Source of the DNA: an uncultured Gammaproteobacteria bacterium
GTDB lineage: Bacteria; Patescibacteriota; Microgenomatia; Levybacterales; GWA1-39-11
Direction: 5' to 3'
NCBI GenBank assembly: GCA_964448725.1
Contig: CAYVAJ010000004.1
Location: 17,535 to 81,534 of the forward strand
Length of the DNA stretch: 64,000 bases
Position numbers and translations under genes: made by a program. Of this stretch, positions 27,968-37,566 are shown one piece after another; within the stretch, counting starts at the first letter, position 1; each line of letters opens with the position of its first letter. Under the pieces are notes generated by a model. The model was not told the DNA's origin. It saw nothing but the letters and a program-made list of their open reading frames with translations, and did no database searches.

Positions 27968-29650
27968 GTGCCCACACAACAGTCTAAATTGAAACGTACA
28001 AAATATATATTTGTTTCAGGTGGTGTTATCTCAGGAATAGGGAAAGGAATCACCGCCGCATCCATCGCCCTTCTTCTTAAGCAAGCAGGTTATCATATAG
28101 CCCCCATAAAATTTGAAAATTATCTCAATCTTGACGCTGGTACTATTAATCCTATAGAACATGGTGATCCATTTTTGTGCGAAGACGGCACAGAGACAGA
28201 TATGGATATTGGAACGTATGAAAAATTCCTTGATGAGAACATGGGGAAAAATAATTTCGTGACCATGGGCAAGATTTATCACACTGTAATTGAGCGGGAA
28301 AGACGGTTTGAATACAACGGTGAAGACGTAGAAGCAATTCCTCATATTACTGATGAGATTATCAACAGAATAAAAACAGTAGGCAATAAAAAAAATGTTG
28401 ATATTGTTATCGTAGAACTTGGCGGAACAGCTGGAGAATATCAAAATGTGTTCTATTATGAAGCATCTCGAATACTGGCATTAAAATATCCCGGTGATGT
28501 AGTCCATATTCATGTGAGTTATGTGCCAACTCCTGGTCATCTTGGGGAACCAAAAACAAAACCAACACAACTGTCTGTGAGAACGCTCAATTCTATGGGA
28601 ATACAGCCAGATTTAATTGTCGCGCGTTCTGACCGTATGCTCGATAAACGCCGCCGTGACCGTTTTGCATTATTTTGCAATATGCATTCCGAAGACATAA
28701 TTTCAGCTCCCGATGTTGATTCTGTATACCGAGTACCATTTGTATTACATGAACAAGGGGTAGAAAAAAGAGTATTGGAAAAGCTGGGACTACCGATTAA
28801 AAAACCAGATCTTAGAAAATTTGAGAAATTACTTGCAAAAATTGAAAAATCAAAAGATAAGACGATTGAAGTAGCAATTGTTGGCAAATATTTCGGAACT
28901 GGAGAATACCAACTGAAAGATTCCTATGCTGCATTATTTGACGCAATTGATCATGCAGGATGGGAAATAGGGGTAACTGTCAAGACACGGTGGGTAAATG
29001 CAGAAAAAGTAGAGGCTAATGGTCCTGAAAAAGAAATTGGTACACCTGATGGGATCATAGTACCAATTGGATGGGGAGAACGAGGGTCTGAGGGAATGAT
29101 TGCTGCAGCTAGTTATGCACGAACTGCAAAAATTCCATACCTTGGTCTGTGTTTTGGTATGCAGTTAGCAGTAGTTGCGTTCGCACGCGATTTAATGAAA
29201 TTTAGGAAAGCTAACAGCGAAGAAATTGATCCAAAAACAAAGTATCCAGTAATTCATTTTATCTCAAATCAGAAAGAATTAATTGCGCAGCGGGCATATG
29301 GCGGGACAATGCGGCTTGGAGGCTGGGATGCAAAAGTGAAGCCAGGAACCCGCGCTCATGAGATATATACTAAATATAATGCTATGGATAACAAAGCAAA
29401 AAGCATTGCAAGCGAACGGCATAGGCATCGGTATGAATTTAATAATATTTATTCAGATGATTTTGAAAAAGCAGGTCTTGTGATTAGCGGACGATCAGTA
29501 AAAGAGAATTTAGTCGAGATTATAGAACTTCCTGAATCAGAACACCCTTTTTATATGGGAACCCAAGGTCACCCTGAGTATAAGAGTAGACCAGGTAAAC
29601 CACACCCTTTCTTTATCGAATTCCTCAAAGCAGCAGAAAAACAAAGATAG
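27968..29650 (+). CDS. pyrG: CTP synthase
   Basis: 560 aa. YIFVSGGVISGIGKGITAASIA at the N-terminus and a C-terminal glutamine amidotransferase with GLCFGMQ. Confidence 0.9.
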   Translation: MPTQQSKLKRTKYIFVSGGVISGIGKGITAASIALLLKQAGYHIAPIKFENYLNLDAGTINPIEHGDPFLCEDGTETDMDIGTYEKFLDENMGKNNFVTMGKIYHTVIERERRFEYNGEDVEAIPHITDEIINRIKTVGNKKNVDIVIVELGGTAGEYQNVFYYEASRILALKYPGDVVHIHVSYVPTPGHLGEPKTKPTQLSVRTLNSMGIQPDLIVARSDRMLDKRRRDRFALFCNMHSEDIISAPDVDSVYRVPFVLHEQGVEKRVLEKLGLPIKKPDLRKFEKLLAKIEKSKDKTIEVAIVGKYFGTGEYQLKDSYAALFDAIDHAGWEIGVTVKTRWVNAEKVEANGPEKEIGTPDGIIVPIGWGERGSEGMIAAASYARTAKIPYLGLCFGMQLAVVAFARDLMKFRKANSEEIDPKTKYPVIHFISNQKELIAQRAYGGTMRLGGWDAKVKPGTRAHEIYTKYNAMDNKAKSIASERHRHRYEFNNIYSDDFEKAGLVISGRSVKENLVEIIELPESEHPFYMGTQGHPEYKSRPGKPHPFFIEFLKAAEKQR

Positions 29651-30059
29651 AAGATATTTATTACTTATTATTTATTATTTAAACCTAAAAAGATTTTTTA
29701 TTATACGTAATACTTAGTTATTTATTATTTATTACTTATTATTGATTATTTATTATTGATGTTTAGTTTTTAAGCCTATTCGATATATGTTATTTAATAT
29801 TTTACCGTGAACTACGAACAGTGAACCGTGAACGCTATTTATTACTTATTATTGATAATCAATACTAACTCCCTAACTCCATATACTTTATAACTTTATG
29901 AACTTTACAAACTTTATAACTAAAACGACTTTATGAACTTTACAAACCTTAAGAACTTTACAAACCCTAATCCCTAGACTCTAACCCTATACCTTACGTC
30001 TTATACCCATCTCATCTCATTCTTGCAAACTACGCATGTTTCACGTATAATTACCTCTT
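29651..30059. repeat. AT-rich intergenic region with short tandem/dispersed motifs (ATTACTTATTATTGAT x2, GTGAAC x4, GAACTTTACAAAC x3)
   Basis: Direct reading. Exact 16-mers at 29731 and 29841. GTGAACTACGAACAGTGAACCGTGAAC at 29806-29834. AACTTTATGAACTTTACAAAC repeats at 29905-29975. Confidence 0.6.
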
Positions 30060-30332
30060 ATGGATACACAATATAGAGTTGGAGACATTATTCAGGTTAG
30101 CCAAAAAATTGAAGAGGCAAAACGAAGCCGTGTTGTCACGTTTAAGGGCAAACTGATTAAGTCTCGTGGAAAAGACGAAAATCGTATGATTACGGTCCGT
30201 CAGCTCATTGATGGTGTATATGTTGACCGTATTTTTCCTGTAAACCTTCCAACAATTACTGATATTACTCTGGTTGAAAAGCCAAAGAAAGTTACCCGAA
30301 AGGCAAAACTTCTAAAACTACCTACAAAATAA
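30060..30332 (+). CDS. rplS: 50S ribosomal protein L19
   Basis: 90 aa. YRVGDIIQV...RVVTFKGKLIKSRG...TVRQLIDGVYVDRIFPVNLP is a typical bL19. Confidence 0.85.
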   Translation: MDTQYRVGDIIQVSQKIEEAKRSRVVTFKGKLIKSRGKDENRMITVRQLIDGVYVDRIFPVNLPTITDITLVEKPKKVTRKAKLLKLPTK

Positions 30333-30334
30333 TT

Positions 30335-30610
30335 ATGGAGCGACTAAAACCAAATGGAGTTTTATCTATTCAAGAAATAGATATCCCGCAAACTCAAGAT
30401 AATTTGATACTGGATACGCCTGAGAGTCTGAATTTAGACAATTTAGATTTATGGTGGGATATGTCAGTTGGACATTTAGATGATCCTGTACTACCTCTTG
30501 AGAACAGTAAGACACAAACTTCAGAGGTTGTCCTTATTGATACGACTTCAGAAGATACAAACTCATTTGATTATACTGTAGGACACCTGGACTTTCCTCC
30601 TCATAAATAA
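30335..30610 (+). CDS. Acidic hypothetical protein
   Basis: 91-aa ORF tightly spaced after rplS with an internal VGHLD..P repeat. No recognisable family. Confidence 0.35.
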   Translation: MERLKPNGVLSIQEIDIPQTQDNLILDTPESLNLDNLDLWWDMSVGHLDDPVLPLENSKTQTSEVVLIDTTSEDTNSFDYTVGHLDFPPHK

Positions 30611-30656
30611 TAATTTTCCTGTTTTACATTTATAAAATTTCAACTACACTAATACT

Positions 30657-31013
30657 GTGGCAAAGCATACTATTACCGGTAGAGTAGGCGAAACATATGC
30701 AGTCTCTTTTCTCATGCAACATAAATACAAAATAATATCTACTAATTTTCGCTCGAAATTTGGTGAAATTGATATTATTGCCAAAGATGGTAATCAGTTT
30801 GTGTTTGTTGAAGTAAAAACGCGTTCAAGTACAGTGTTTGGTACGCCTGCTGATGCAATAACTCCTAAAAAGCTTCAATTAGTAATAAAAGCAGCTGAAT
30901 ATTTTATCTTAGTGAATAATCACGTACAAAATTATCGGGTAGATGCAATTGAGGTATTTATGACCAGAAATACTGTCACCAGTATTAATCATATTAAAAA
31001 TATTACGTTCTAG
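30657..31013 (+). CDS. yraN: YraN family (UPF0102) endonuclease; GTG start
   Basis: 118 aa. GRVGETYAVSFLMQHKYKIISTNFRSKFGEIDIIAKDGNQFVFVEVKTR matches the YraN/UPF0102 pattern. Confidence 0.6.
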   Translation: MAKHTITGRVGETYAVSFLMQHKYKIISTNFRSKFGEIDIIAKDGNQFVFVEVKTRSSTVFGTPADAITPKKLQLVIKAAEYFILVNNHVQNYRVDAIEVFMTRNTVTSINHIKNITF

Positions 31014-31021
31014 TACCTTTC

Positions 31022-32530
31022 TTATAAATCATATAATGCAGTGTACTTTTCCGTGATATAAGTAAGGAAGTGAGAAGACGATAATTTTTCCCCTGTGGCT
31101 TTTTTTATCAAATCACTTGGTATATAGAGTGATCCGTACTGGTGAATTGTATTGCGCAACCATGCAAGTGGTTTTCCAAACTCTCCTTGTGAGAGCTGAG
31201 CTTCATAGTCAAATTCTTTTTTCATTGCTGTCCGAAGTTGTGCTGCATATAAATTCCCTAAGGTATAGGTAGGAAAGTAGCCGAATGAACCATACGACCA
31301 GTGTACATCTTGTAGTACTCCTTGGGTATCAGTTGGTGGCGTAATACCAAGATATTGTTTCATCTTTGTATTCCATGCTTCTGGCAACTGTTCTGGATCA
31401 AGTTTTCCTGAAATAAGTTCCTGTTCCAGTTCAAATCTGATGACAATATGCAGATTGTAAGTTACCTCATCAGCTTCAATACGAATAAAACCAGGTTTTA
31501 CATGATTAAAAAGCATAGTAATGGTATCTGCATCTGCTTTTTCTAATGAGGGGAAGAACGCATGGAGTAAAGGTGTGAGAAATCGAAGGAACTCAGGGTG
31601 TCGTCCTATTTGGTTTTCCCAAAATCGGGATTGTGACTCATGAATACCTAAAGAGACTCCGCCATCAAGCGGTGTATTTGCATACTCAGGATTTATTCCT
31701 TGCTCATAGAGCGCATGTCCCCCTTCATGAATAGATGCTGATAGCGCGTCGCGAAAATCATATGATTTATAGGCTGTAGTTATTCTAATATCATGATTAC
31801 CGAGCCCAGTGGTAAAAGGATGTGGTGATACATCTAATCTTCCAGAGGCAAAATTATATCCCATTTTTTTTAGAATGTAATGAGAAAGTTGCTCTTGCCG
31901 ATCTTGAGGGAAATTTGTCTTTTCCCCTACAAATCCAAGATTAGAGACATAATCTTTTTTATGAGTAATTGTTTTTATTAAGTGTGTGAGCGGTTTTTTA
32001 ATCTCAGTGAATAATGTATTGCACTCTTTTGTTGTTAATCCAGGTTCATAAAGATCAAGTAATGCATCATATGGGTTATCTTTATAGCCTAAGTGTTGCG
32101 CAAACATCTGATTAAGCCGAATTATTTTCTTGAGATGTGGCAAAAACTCTGAAAAATTATTATTTTGTTTTGCAGAGTTCCATGCCATAAATGCAACAGA
32201 AGTCTCTTTTGAAAATTCAATAATAAGCTCTTTGGGTATTCGTGAATAATACTTTAATGACTGTTCTAGATTACGAATAACAGCATGTTCTTCTACGCTT
32301 AAGCTTTTTTCTTTTTTTACTAAATCAATGAGTTCTTGCAACTGAGGATTTTGCCACTTCTCAGTGGTAAGTTGAGTCATATATGCTGATTGGTCAGCAC
32401 GGGTTTGTGCTGCATTTGCTGGAAGATTCACATTTAAATCCCAGTTGAGTGCAGAATTGATTGAGGAAATAAGAGCAATTTCATTGTAGTACTCAAGAAG
32501 TTGTTTTACCGATTTCTTTGATGAATGCAT
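31022..32530 (-). CDS. M32 family carboxypeptidase (Taq-type)
   Basis: 502 aa. HEGGHALYEQG (HExxH), HESQSRFWEN and DVSPHPFTTGLG motifs are characteristic of M32. Confidence 0.75.
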   Translation of the reverse strand: MHSSKKSVKQLLEYYNEIALISSINSALNWDLNVNLPANAAQTRADQSAYMTQLTTEKWQNPQLQELIDLVKKEKSLSVEEHAVIRNLEQSLKYYSRIPKELIIEFSKETSVAFMAWNSAKQNNNFSEFLPHLKKIIRLNQMFAQHLGYKDNPYDALLDLYEPGLTTKECNTLFTEIKKPLTHLIKTITHKKDYVSNLGFVGEKTNFPQDRQEQLSHYILKKMGYNFASGRLDVSPHPFTTGLGNHDIRITTAYKSYDFRDALSASIHEGGHALYEQGINPEYANTPLDGGVSLGIHESQSRFWENQIGRHPEFLRFLTPLLHAFFPSLEKADADTITMLFNHVKPGFIRIEADEVTYNLHIVIRFELEQELISGKLDPEQLPEAWNTKMKQYLGITPPTDTQGVLQDVHWSYGSFGYFPTYTLGNLYAAQLRTAMKKEFDYEAQLSQGEFGKPLAWLRNTIHQYGSLYIPSDLIKKATGEKLSSSHFLTYITEKYTALYDL

Positions 32531-32678
32531 GAGATTTAGTATATCAAATCTTTCCTGTTTTATCAGAGAAGATTAAATAACCAATAACAACTGTCAAATA
32601 ATAATAAATTTTATTGAAATTTGATTTATGGATATTATTTGTAATTTGTTTTTGTAATTTGAATTTTTATACCAGTAT

Positions 32679-33860
32679 TTATGCCGATAAACTAGGTGGG
32701 CTTTTGTGATATGTTCTCTTTGTATACTTTATAAATTGTTTTTCAGCCAGCGCTATTGCATCATTGATACTGTCTATATAATCCCTGCCTTCTGCAGTGA
32801 CTATGACATTGTTACCGGGTATATCAAGCTGCATGCTCGTTTTAAAGACTGCAACTTTTTGATTTGCGTATTTTTGCTCATCTATAGCTATTTCTACTTT
32901 CATAATATCGCGAATTTTTGATAATTTTTTAACCATAATCTCAATCTTTTCCTGTGCTTTTTCGATTTGTCGATCAGTAACAGTACCATTTGGTTTTTCA
33001 AATACAATCGGTATATCAACGTCTGGTTCAAATGTGGCAAGACAATGTAAGATATTCTTCAGTGAAACTATACTTGTTGGATGATTCAGTGCATCTACAA
33101 TTACCAGACTTCTTTGATCAGACTGTATTAATGTATTGAGGATTTCTCTCGTGCTTTTATCATCTGATATGGTAAATACATTTGTCTGAGCGTATCGGGA
33201 TATTGGGTCATCTATTCGGTATATTTCCTCATCATCAAAAATATGATTCTTCTCGGTCTCTGTAATACCTCTATACCGTGGGCGATGAATTGGTCTAAGA
33301 AATGCTGTCTTTATGTCAGATCTCGTAACTATACCCCTTACTTTATCATGTGAGTCTGTTAGGACTATACGAGAAATTCCTTTTGTCCGTAAGAGTTTGA
33401 AAATATCTTTCACTGTTCCTTCAGAAGGGTGAGTAGTTACAGGTGGAATTTCAATACACTCTACTAGATAGGTAGATATCATTGGATCATGAATCAATTG
33501 GCGCATAATATCTACTACATGGACAATTCCTGCAATATCTCCTTTATCATCAAGAATCGGAAGTTCATAGAGTCGAGTATCTAACATTGCACGCAGTACA
33601 TCGAATAATGAAGATTCTTTTGTGAGATTTGGGGTCTGAAGTAGCTCTGAAATTACTTTCTTAGTATATGGTGCATGGTAATTATGATAAATCGCATGAT
33701 AGGCAGATATCACCCCTTTGTAGTGTTTATTATCAAATACGTAAATTGGTTTATGAGAGCTTTTGGTATATTCCAGGACTTGTCCAAGTGTTTTGTCAGG
33801 AGAGGCAATTGGTTTATCTTCAAAAGGTTTTATAAATTGTTCTATTGAATACCTTGCCAT
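32679..33860 (-). CDS. CBS-domain protein (four CBS motifs) with a C-terminal ribosome hibernation factor (HPF/RaiA)-like domain
   Basis: 393 aa. Four CBS-like segments. The C-terminal ~100 aa (KIEIMVKKLSK...VEIAIDEQK...TAEGRDYIDSINDAIALAEKQFIKYTKR) follows the HPF/YfiA pattern. Confidence 0.45.
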   Translation of the reverse strand: MARYSIEQFIKPFEDKPIASPDKTLGQVLEYTKSSHKPIYVFDNKHYKGVISAYHAIYHNYHAPYTKKVISELLQTPNLTKESSLFDVLRAMLDTRLYELPILDDKGDIAGIVHVVDIMRQLIHDPMISTYLVECIEIPPVTTHPSEGTVKDIFKLLRTKGISRIVLTDSHDKVRGIVTRSDIKTAFLRPIHRPRYRGITETEKNHIFDDEEIYRIDDPISRYAQTNVFTISDDKSTREILNTLIQSDQRSLVIVDALNHPTSIVSLKNILHCLATFEPDVDIPIVFEKPNGTVTDRQIEKAQEKIEIMVKKLSKIRDIMKVEIAIDEQKYANQKVAVFKTSMQLDIPGNNVIVTAEGRDYIDSINDAIALAEKQFIKYTKRTYHKSPPSLSA

Positions 33861-33980
33861 GTGATTATATTCTAATTGTTATTTGCAATAGAACATTACA
33901 GATATCGTAAGATTATTGTAAGTATCAACATATAATTACATATCGCTATTTCTTTACTCAATACATTAAATGGTATAATA

Positions 33981-34463
33981 ATGGCTATGAAATCAAGACG
34001 GCCAGTCCAACAGCCTGAGCAAATATCATTTACAAAAGAAGGATATAAAAAAATCCAACAAGAGCTTGCAGAATTACAATCATCACGCAAAGGTGCAGTA
34101 GAGACTTTATCAGCTGCACGTGCATTAGGTGATCTATCAGAGAATGGGTTATATACTGCTGCAAAATCAAGGCTTCGTTCAATCGATTCTGAAATTAATC
34201 GACGTAAGTACTATCTAAAAGTAGGAGTTGTTGAAGAAGGGAGTGCTTCTAGAGTAAGTATTGGCACAACAGTAGTGGTTGATGATGGTAAAAAAGAGCG
34301 TACATTTCAAATTGTTGGTGATACAGAATCAGATCCATTGAATGGTAAAATAACCAAGAAGTCACCTATCGGGAGTGCATTGTTGGGAAAAAAAGTAGGA
34401 GAATCAGCATCTGTTTCCACACCTTCAGGCAGTATTGATTTTACAATTCGTACAATTTCGTAA
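33981..34463 (+). CDS. greA: Transcription elongation factor GreA
   Basis: 160 aa. ISFTKEGYKKIQQELAELQS...ALGDLSENGLYTAAKSRLRSIDSEI is a canonical GreA N-terminal coiled coil plus C-terminal FKBP-like domain. Confidence 0.8.
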   Translation: MAMKSRRPVQQPEQISFTKEGYKKIQQELAELQSSRKGAVETLSAARALGDLSENGLYTAAKSRLRSIDSEINRRKYYLKVGVVEEGSASRVSIGTTVVVDDGKKERTFQIVGDTESDPLNGKITKKSPIGSALLGKKVGESASVSTPSGSIDFTIRTIS

Positions 34464-34820
34464 ATGGAACAAGAAGCATCAAAACAACAGAAAAAAGACG
34501 ATACACTAATTGGATTATTGGTTGTCGGGGCAATACTACTTGGAGTAATTGGATTTGTGTATCTGCTTTCAGTACAACAAAAAAGCGGGGAGTGTGAGAC
34601 ACAATACAATCCTGATGGTACTGTCCGTGTAGGATGCTCACCCATAGACTCACTTGTTTCCCCTTCACCTGCAGGATCAGTCGAGTTACTCGATCAGCTC
34701 AATAAAAACTCAGTCTCTGAAGTAGATAAAAAATTACAAGAAGCAGCGCAAGATCTCCAGCGAAGACAAAATCAACGTACACAACAGCAGCAACCACAGG
34801 TTCCTCAGATTCCTCGCTAA
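34464..34820 (+). CDS. Hypothetical membrane protein (single TM helix, Gln-rich C-terminus)
   Basis: 118-aa ORF starting at the greA stop. TM helix LIGLLVVGAILLGVIGFVYLL. Confidence 0.35.
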   Translation: MEQEASKQQKKDDTLIGLLVVGAILLGVIGFVYLLSVQQKSGECETQYNPDGTVRVGCSPIDSLVSPSPAGSVELLDQLNKNSVSEVDKKLQEAAQDLQRRQNQRTQQQQPQVPQIPR

Positions 34821-35140
34821 TCATAATCTTTTTTAAAAGTAGTGAGAATTGCAAGAATTTTTTCTTCAGATGCCCCACGTCTAAAGTAATCAGATGCGAT
34901 CACCATAAGTTGATAATGGGTCTCAGATAATTGTTCGCGCTCGCTCATATATTCACCACTTACAGTTGTTTTTTGATCATAGCCAGTAATTGGGTAATGG
35001 ATATGGTTTAAAATCCAGGTTATGACCGACTTTGGCACAAAAATTTCGTGTATAATATTTCGTTTATGATACATTGCTATATTTCTCATGATACATTTAT
35101 ACAATGTCTTCGTAAAATGAATAGTAAGAAACGGTAACAA
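34817..35140 (-). CDS. Hypothetical protein
   Basis: 107-aa ORF. No recognisable motifs. Confidence 0.3.
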   Translation of the reverse strand: MLPFLTIHFTKTLYKCIMRNIAMYHKRNIIHEIFVPKSVITWILNHIHYPITGYDQKTTVSGEYMSEREQLSETHYQLMVIASDYFRRGASEEKILAILTTFKKDYD

Positions 35141-35190
35141 TTTTGCGTGAAAGAAGGCAATAATTCCAGATATAAAGTTCGTTATGATAT

Positions 35191-36342
35191 TTATACGTGT
35201 GGTAACAATATTTCTTTTGAGGGGGGAATAGTAATGGTAGTGTCTTTGGTAAGGGTACCTGATGTATTGTGTGAGTTATGAACTCTTTTAGATAACTCAC
35301 GAATTATTATACGAATGAGTTGTTTTTTTAATTTAATATTTTCAGGTAACTCAGGATGCCAATCAATTCCAGGATTAATATTTCCTTCAAGAATATATAC
35401 ATTCTTTGAGTTACTCACAATAAAATCGAGTGTATAAAGAGCATTTTTTCTATTTAATTTTTTAACAATTGATTGAGAAACTTTGAGTACATTTGAAGGA
35501 ATATCTTTATTTGTAATAAGTATTTCTCCATTGCCATCATTACAAAGGAAACTATCGTTTTGTGCTACACGGATATATGTCTGTACAATTCTGTTTCCTA
35601 AATAAATGATTCTAATTTCAGTGAAATTTCGATAGTTTTTATAATTATATCCCGAATTAAAATATACAAATGGTTGAATTACAAATGACTTGTCTTTGTT
35701 TGCTGCAAGTATTTTATAAATTTTAGAACTATAGTCTTGATCAATTTTGAAAACAGACATTCCTCCGGATCCATATTTATCTTTTAAGATAATAGATTTA
35801 GAAAAATCTTGTTTATGAGGATGGGTACTGATAAGTTCGTGAAGTTGATCAATAGCTGCACATACATCTTCCAATGTATTATTTTGGATGCTTACTGTCG
35901 GAATTGAGTATTCAGAAAGAAAATCATATGTTTTTTGTTTATCTGAAAAAAGTTCATAAAGGAAAGAATTAGAAAAGGGTACAATGTTTGAAGATGAAAA
36001 AAGTTTTTCTCTATTAAATTTTTGGACTGTATTTATAGGAGCAAATTTGTCAAATATGTGCTGAGAAAAACATTTACGTTGGACTGGAATCCACGTATTG
36101 TTCTCAAATAACCAATAACTTCTGCATTTGCCAGCACCTGTAATGTCTGCTGAGGTTGTTAGTGCAGCAGTTATATTATTTTTTTTACATTCTTCGATAA
36201 AAAATCCGTATACAGTGTTATATATTGATTGGTCAGAAACAGGTGAGAAAGGGAGTAGAGGTTCATTAATTATGGTAGATGCACTTCTTGCGATTTTGTG
36301 GGAATACACAACCAGTACATCAAAGATGTCTGTGTTTTTCAT
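35191..36342 (-). CDS. ATP-grasp fold protein (RimK/TTL-like ligase) in a very AT-rich segment
   Basis: 383 aa. ILKDKYGSGGMSVFKI (ATP-grasp Gly-rich loop) and YTLDFIVSNSKNVYILEGNINPG (catalytic E/N loop). Confidence 0.45.
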   Translation of the reverse strand: MKNTDIFDVLVVYSHKIARSASTIINEPLLPFSPVSDQSIYNTVYGFFIEECKKNNITAALTTSADITGAGKCRSYWLFENNTWIPVQRKCFSQHIFDKFAPINTVQKFNREKLFSSSNIVPFSNSFLYELFSDKQKTYDFLSEYSIPTVSIQNNTLEDVCAAIDQLHELISTHPHKQDFSKSIILKDKYGSGGMSVFKIDQDYSSKIYKILAANKDKSFVIQPFVYFNSGYNYKNYRNFTEIRIIYLGNRIVQTYIRVAQNDSFLCNDGNGEILITNKDIPSNVLKVSQSIVKKLNRKNALYTLDFIVSNSKNVYILEGNINPGIDWHPELPENIKLKKQLIRIIIRELSKRVHNSHNTSGTLTKDTTITIPPSKEILLPHV

Positions 36343-36576
36343 AAATACGTAAATTACAGTTGTAAAGTACTCTTACATTATACCTTGTTACGTTTAAAAT
36401 TGCCAATTTAGCCATATCTAGGATCAATTTTACAGGAGAAAATTCTTAGATTGACGTTATAGAGTTTGAAAAACTGAATGTTTATTCTATAAAAATTCAA
36501 GTATCAATTAGTACAAAATTTATTGTACAATTGTTGCAATTAGAGGAATAGTATTGTTTGCATTTTTCAGTACATT

Positions 36577-36903
36577 TTAATTTAATAGGTTCTCATCTTC
36601 ATTAGTATCATCAAGAATTGAAGTCGGTGATACTTCTGGGCTGATAGTACTCTCTCTTTCAGATTCTGTTGGTGAAAGAGTTGGTGTTATTGTTGGAGTA
36701 GGCGTTGCTCTTTCCTCTGCATCAAATGGACCACTTCCCACACCTGGTTCTGCTTGATAATTTATATTTTGTGTAAGGGCATCATTCGCAAACCAGCCCA
36801 TTATAAAGAACAGTGGTAGTAATAAAACCCATATCCATCCAGTGTTTCTTCTCGTAGATCTTGTAGTTGTATGTCGTTCATTATCCATATACTTCACCTC
36901 CAA
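36577..36903 (-). CDS. Hypothetical small membrane protein with a Pro/Thr-rich tail
   Basis: 108 aa. TM helix WIWVLLLPLFFIMGWFA, then PTPTITPTLSPT. Confidence 0.35.
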   Translation of the reverse strand: MEVKYMDNERHTTTRSTRRNTGWIWVLLLPLFFIMGWFANDALTQNINYQAEPGVGSGPFDAEERATPTPTITPTLSPTESERESTISPEVSPTSILDDTNEDENLLN

Positions 36904-37000
36904 TTCTCATTGATGCACAGGTTAAAGCATACAAATTAGGGAGAGGAAAAAATAGAGTAATAAAAGAGTGAGAATAAATAATTATAAGAAAAAATTCCAA

Positions 37001-37127
37001 GAAAAAAGCACCTTGGGGTAATAGAGAATAGATAACCCAAGTGACTTTTTTCTGCTGCTTATGCAGCGAAGCTCCATAGGCGTATCTTCCTCTTCACATC
37101 AAACGTGTTTGACCTTACGGTGCTTTA
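37001..37127. repeat. Copy 1 of a two-copy ~120-nt structured element (candidate small ncRNA / MITE-like repeat)
   Basis: Shares with 41185-41301 the outer helix AAGCACC...GGTGCTT, the internal hairpin GCTGC-TTAT-GCAGC (CCTGC-TCAT-GCAGG in copy 2, compensatory), the first hairpin CTTGGG.../...CCCAAG, and the conserved CCATAGGC and CCTTACGGTGCTT boxes. A U-run follows the hairpin on both strands. Confidence 0.5.
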
Positions 37128-37140
37128 TAGTATTGAGCGG

Positions 37141-37332
37141 TTAGTTATCTGAGTCATGTGTGTTTCCATGCACGGTATTCGCGACTAGCAGCCACGTTGC
37201 AACGATGAAAAACACAATGACAAGGACAAACGCCCACTGACCAATACTTGCAAACCATCCCATTAACCCTATCCAAAACAGGGTAAGGAGGATTCCGCGT
37301 CTCAGATCACGCCGTTCCGGAATGTATCGCAT
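37141..37332 (-). CDS. Hypothetical small membrane protein (GC-richer than surroundings)
   Basis: 63 aa with two TM helices. Confidence 0.35.
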   Translation of the reverse strand: MRYIPERRDLRRGILLTLFWIGLMGWFASIGQWAFVLVIVFFIVATWLLVANTVHGNTHDSDN

Positions 37333-37524
37333 GGTGTCCCTCCTTGTTCTTTTGCGAGATATCTACCTGCTTAATAAAGATAATGAGTTGATACGTACGA
37401 AGACTGATTTCGCACGCATCTTTCTCATAACCTTTTAAGTGATACTATTTAAAGTGCGAAATTCAGTATTTATATATGCAGAAAATAGTGTATCTATATA
37501 CAGTATAGCATAGTGAATAGAATA

Positions 37525-37549
37525 GGCGCCGTGTACTGCACGGCGCCTG
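37525..37549 (-). terminator. GC-rich hairpin terminator downstream of the 37567..38154 gene
   Basis: GGCGCCGTG-TACT-GCACGGCGCC is a perfect 9-bp stem, 18 nt beyond the minus-strand stop. A T-rich tract follows on the minus strand. Confidence 0.5.
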
Positions 37550-37566
37550 AAAATTTTGCTCAGTAG

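Noticed and set aside
29651-30059. Possible CRISPR array in the repeat-rich AT spacer
   Set aside because: The repeats are short (13-16 nt) and irregularly spaced with no unique spacers of constant length, and no cas genes are nearby. This is not a CRISPR architecture.
35097-35300. 67-aa ORF bridging 34817..35140 and the ATP-grasp gene
   Set aside because: It overlaps both flanking ORFs and has a low-complexity composition. It is likely a non-coding intergenic or overlap artefact.
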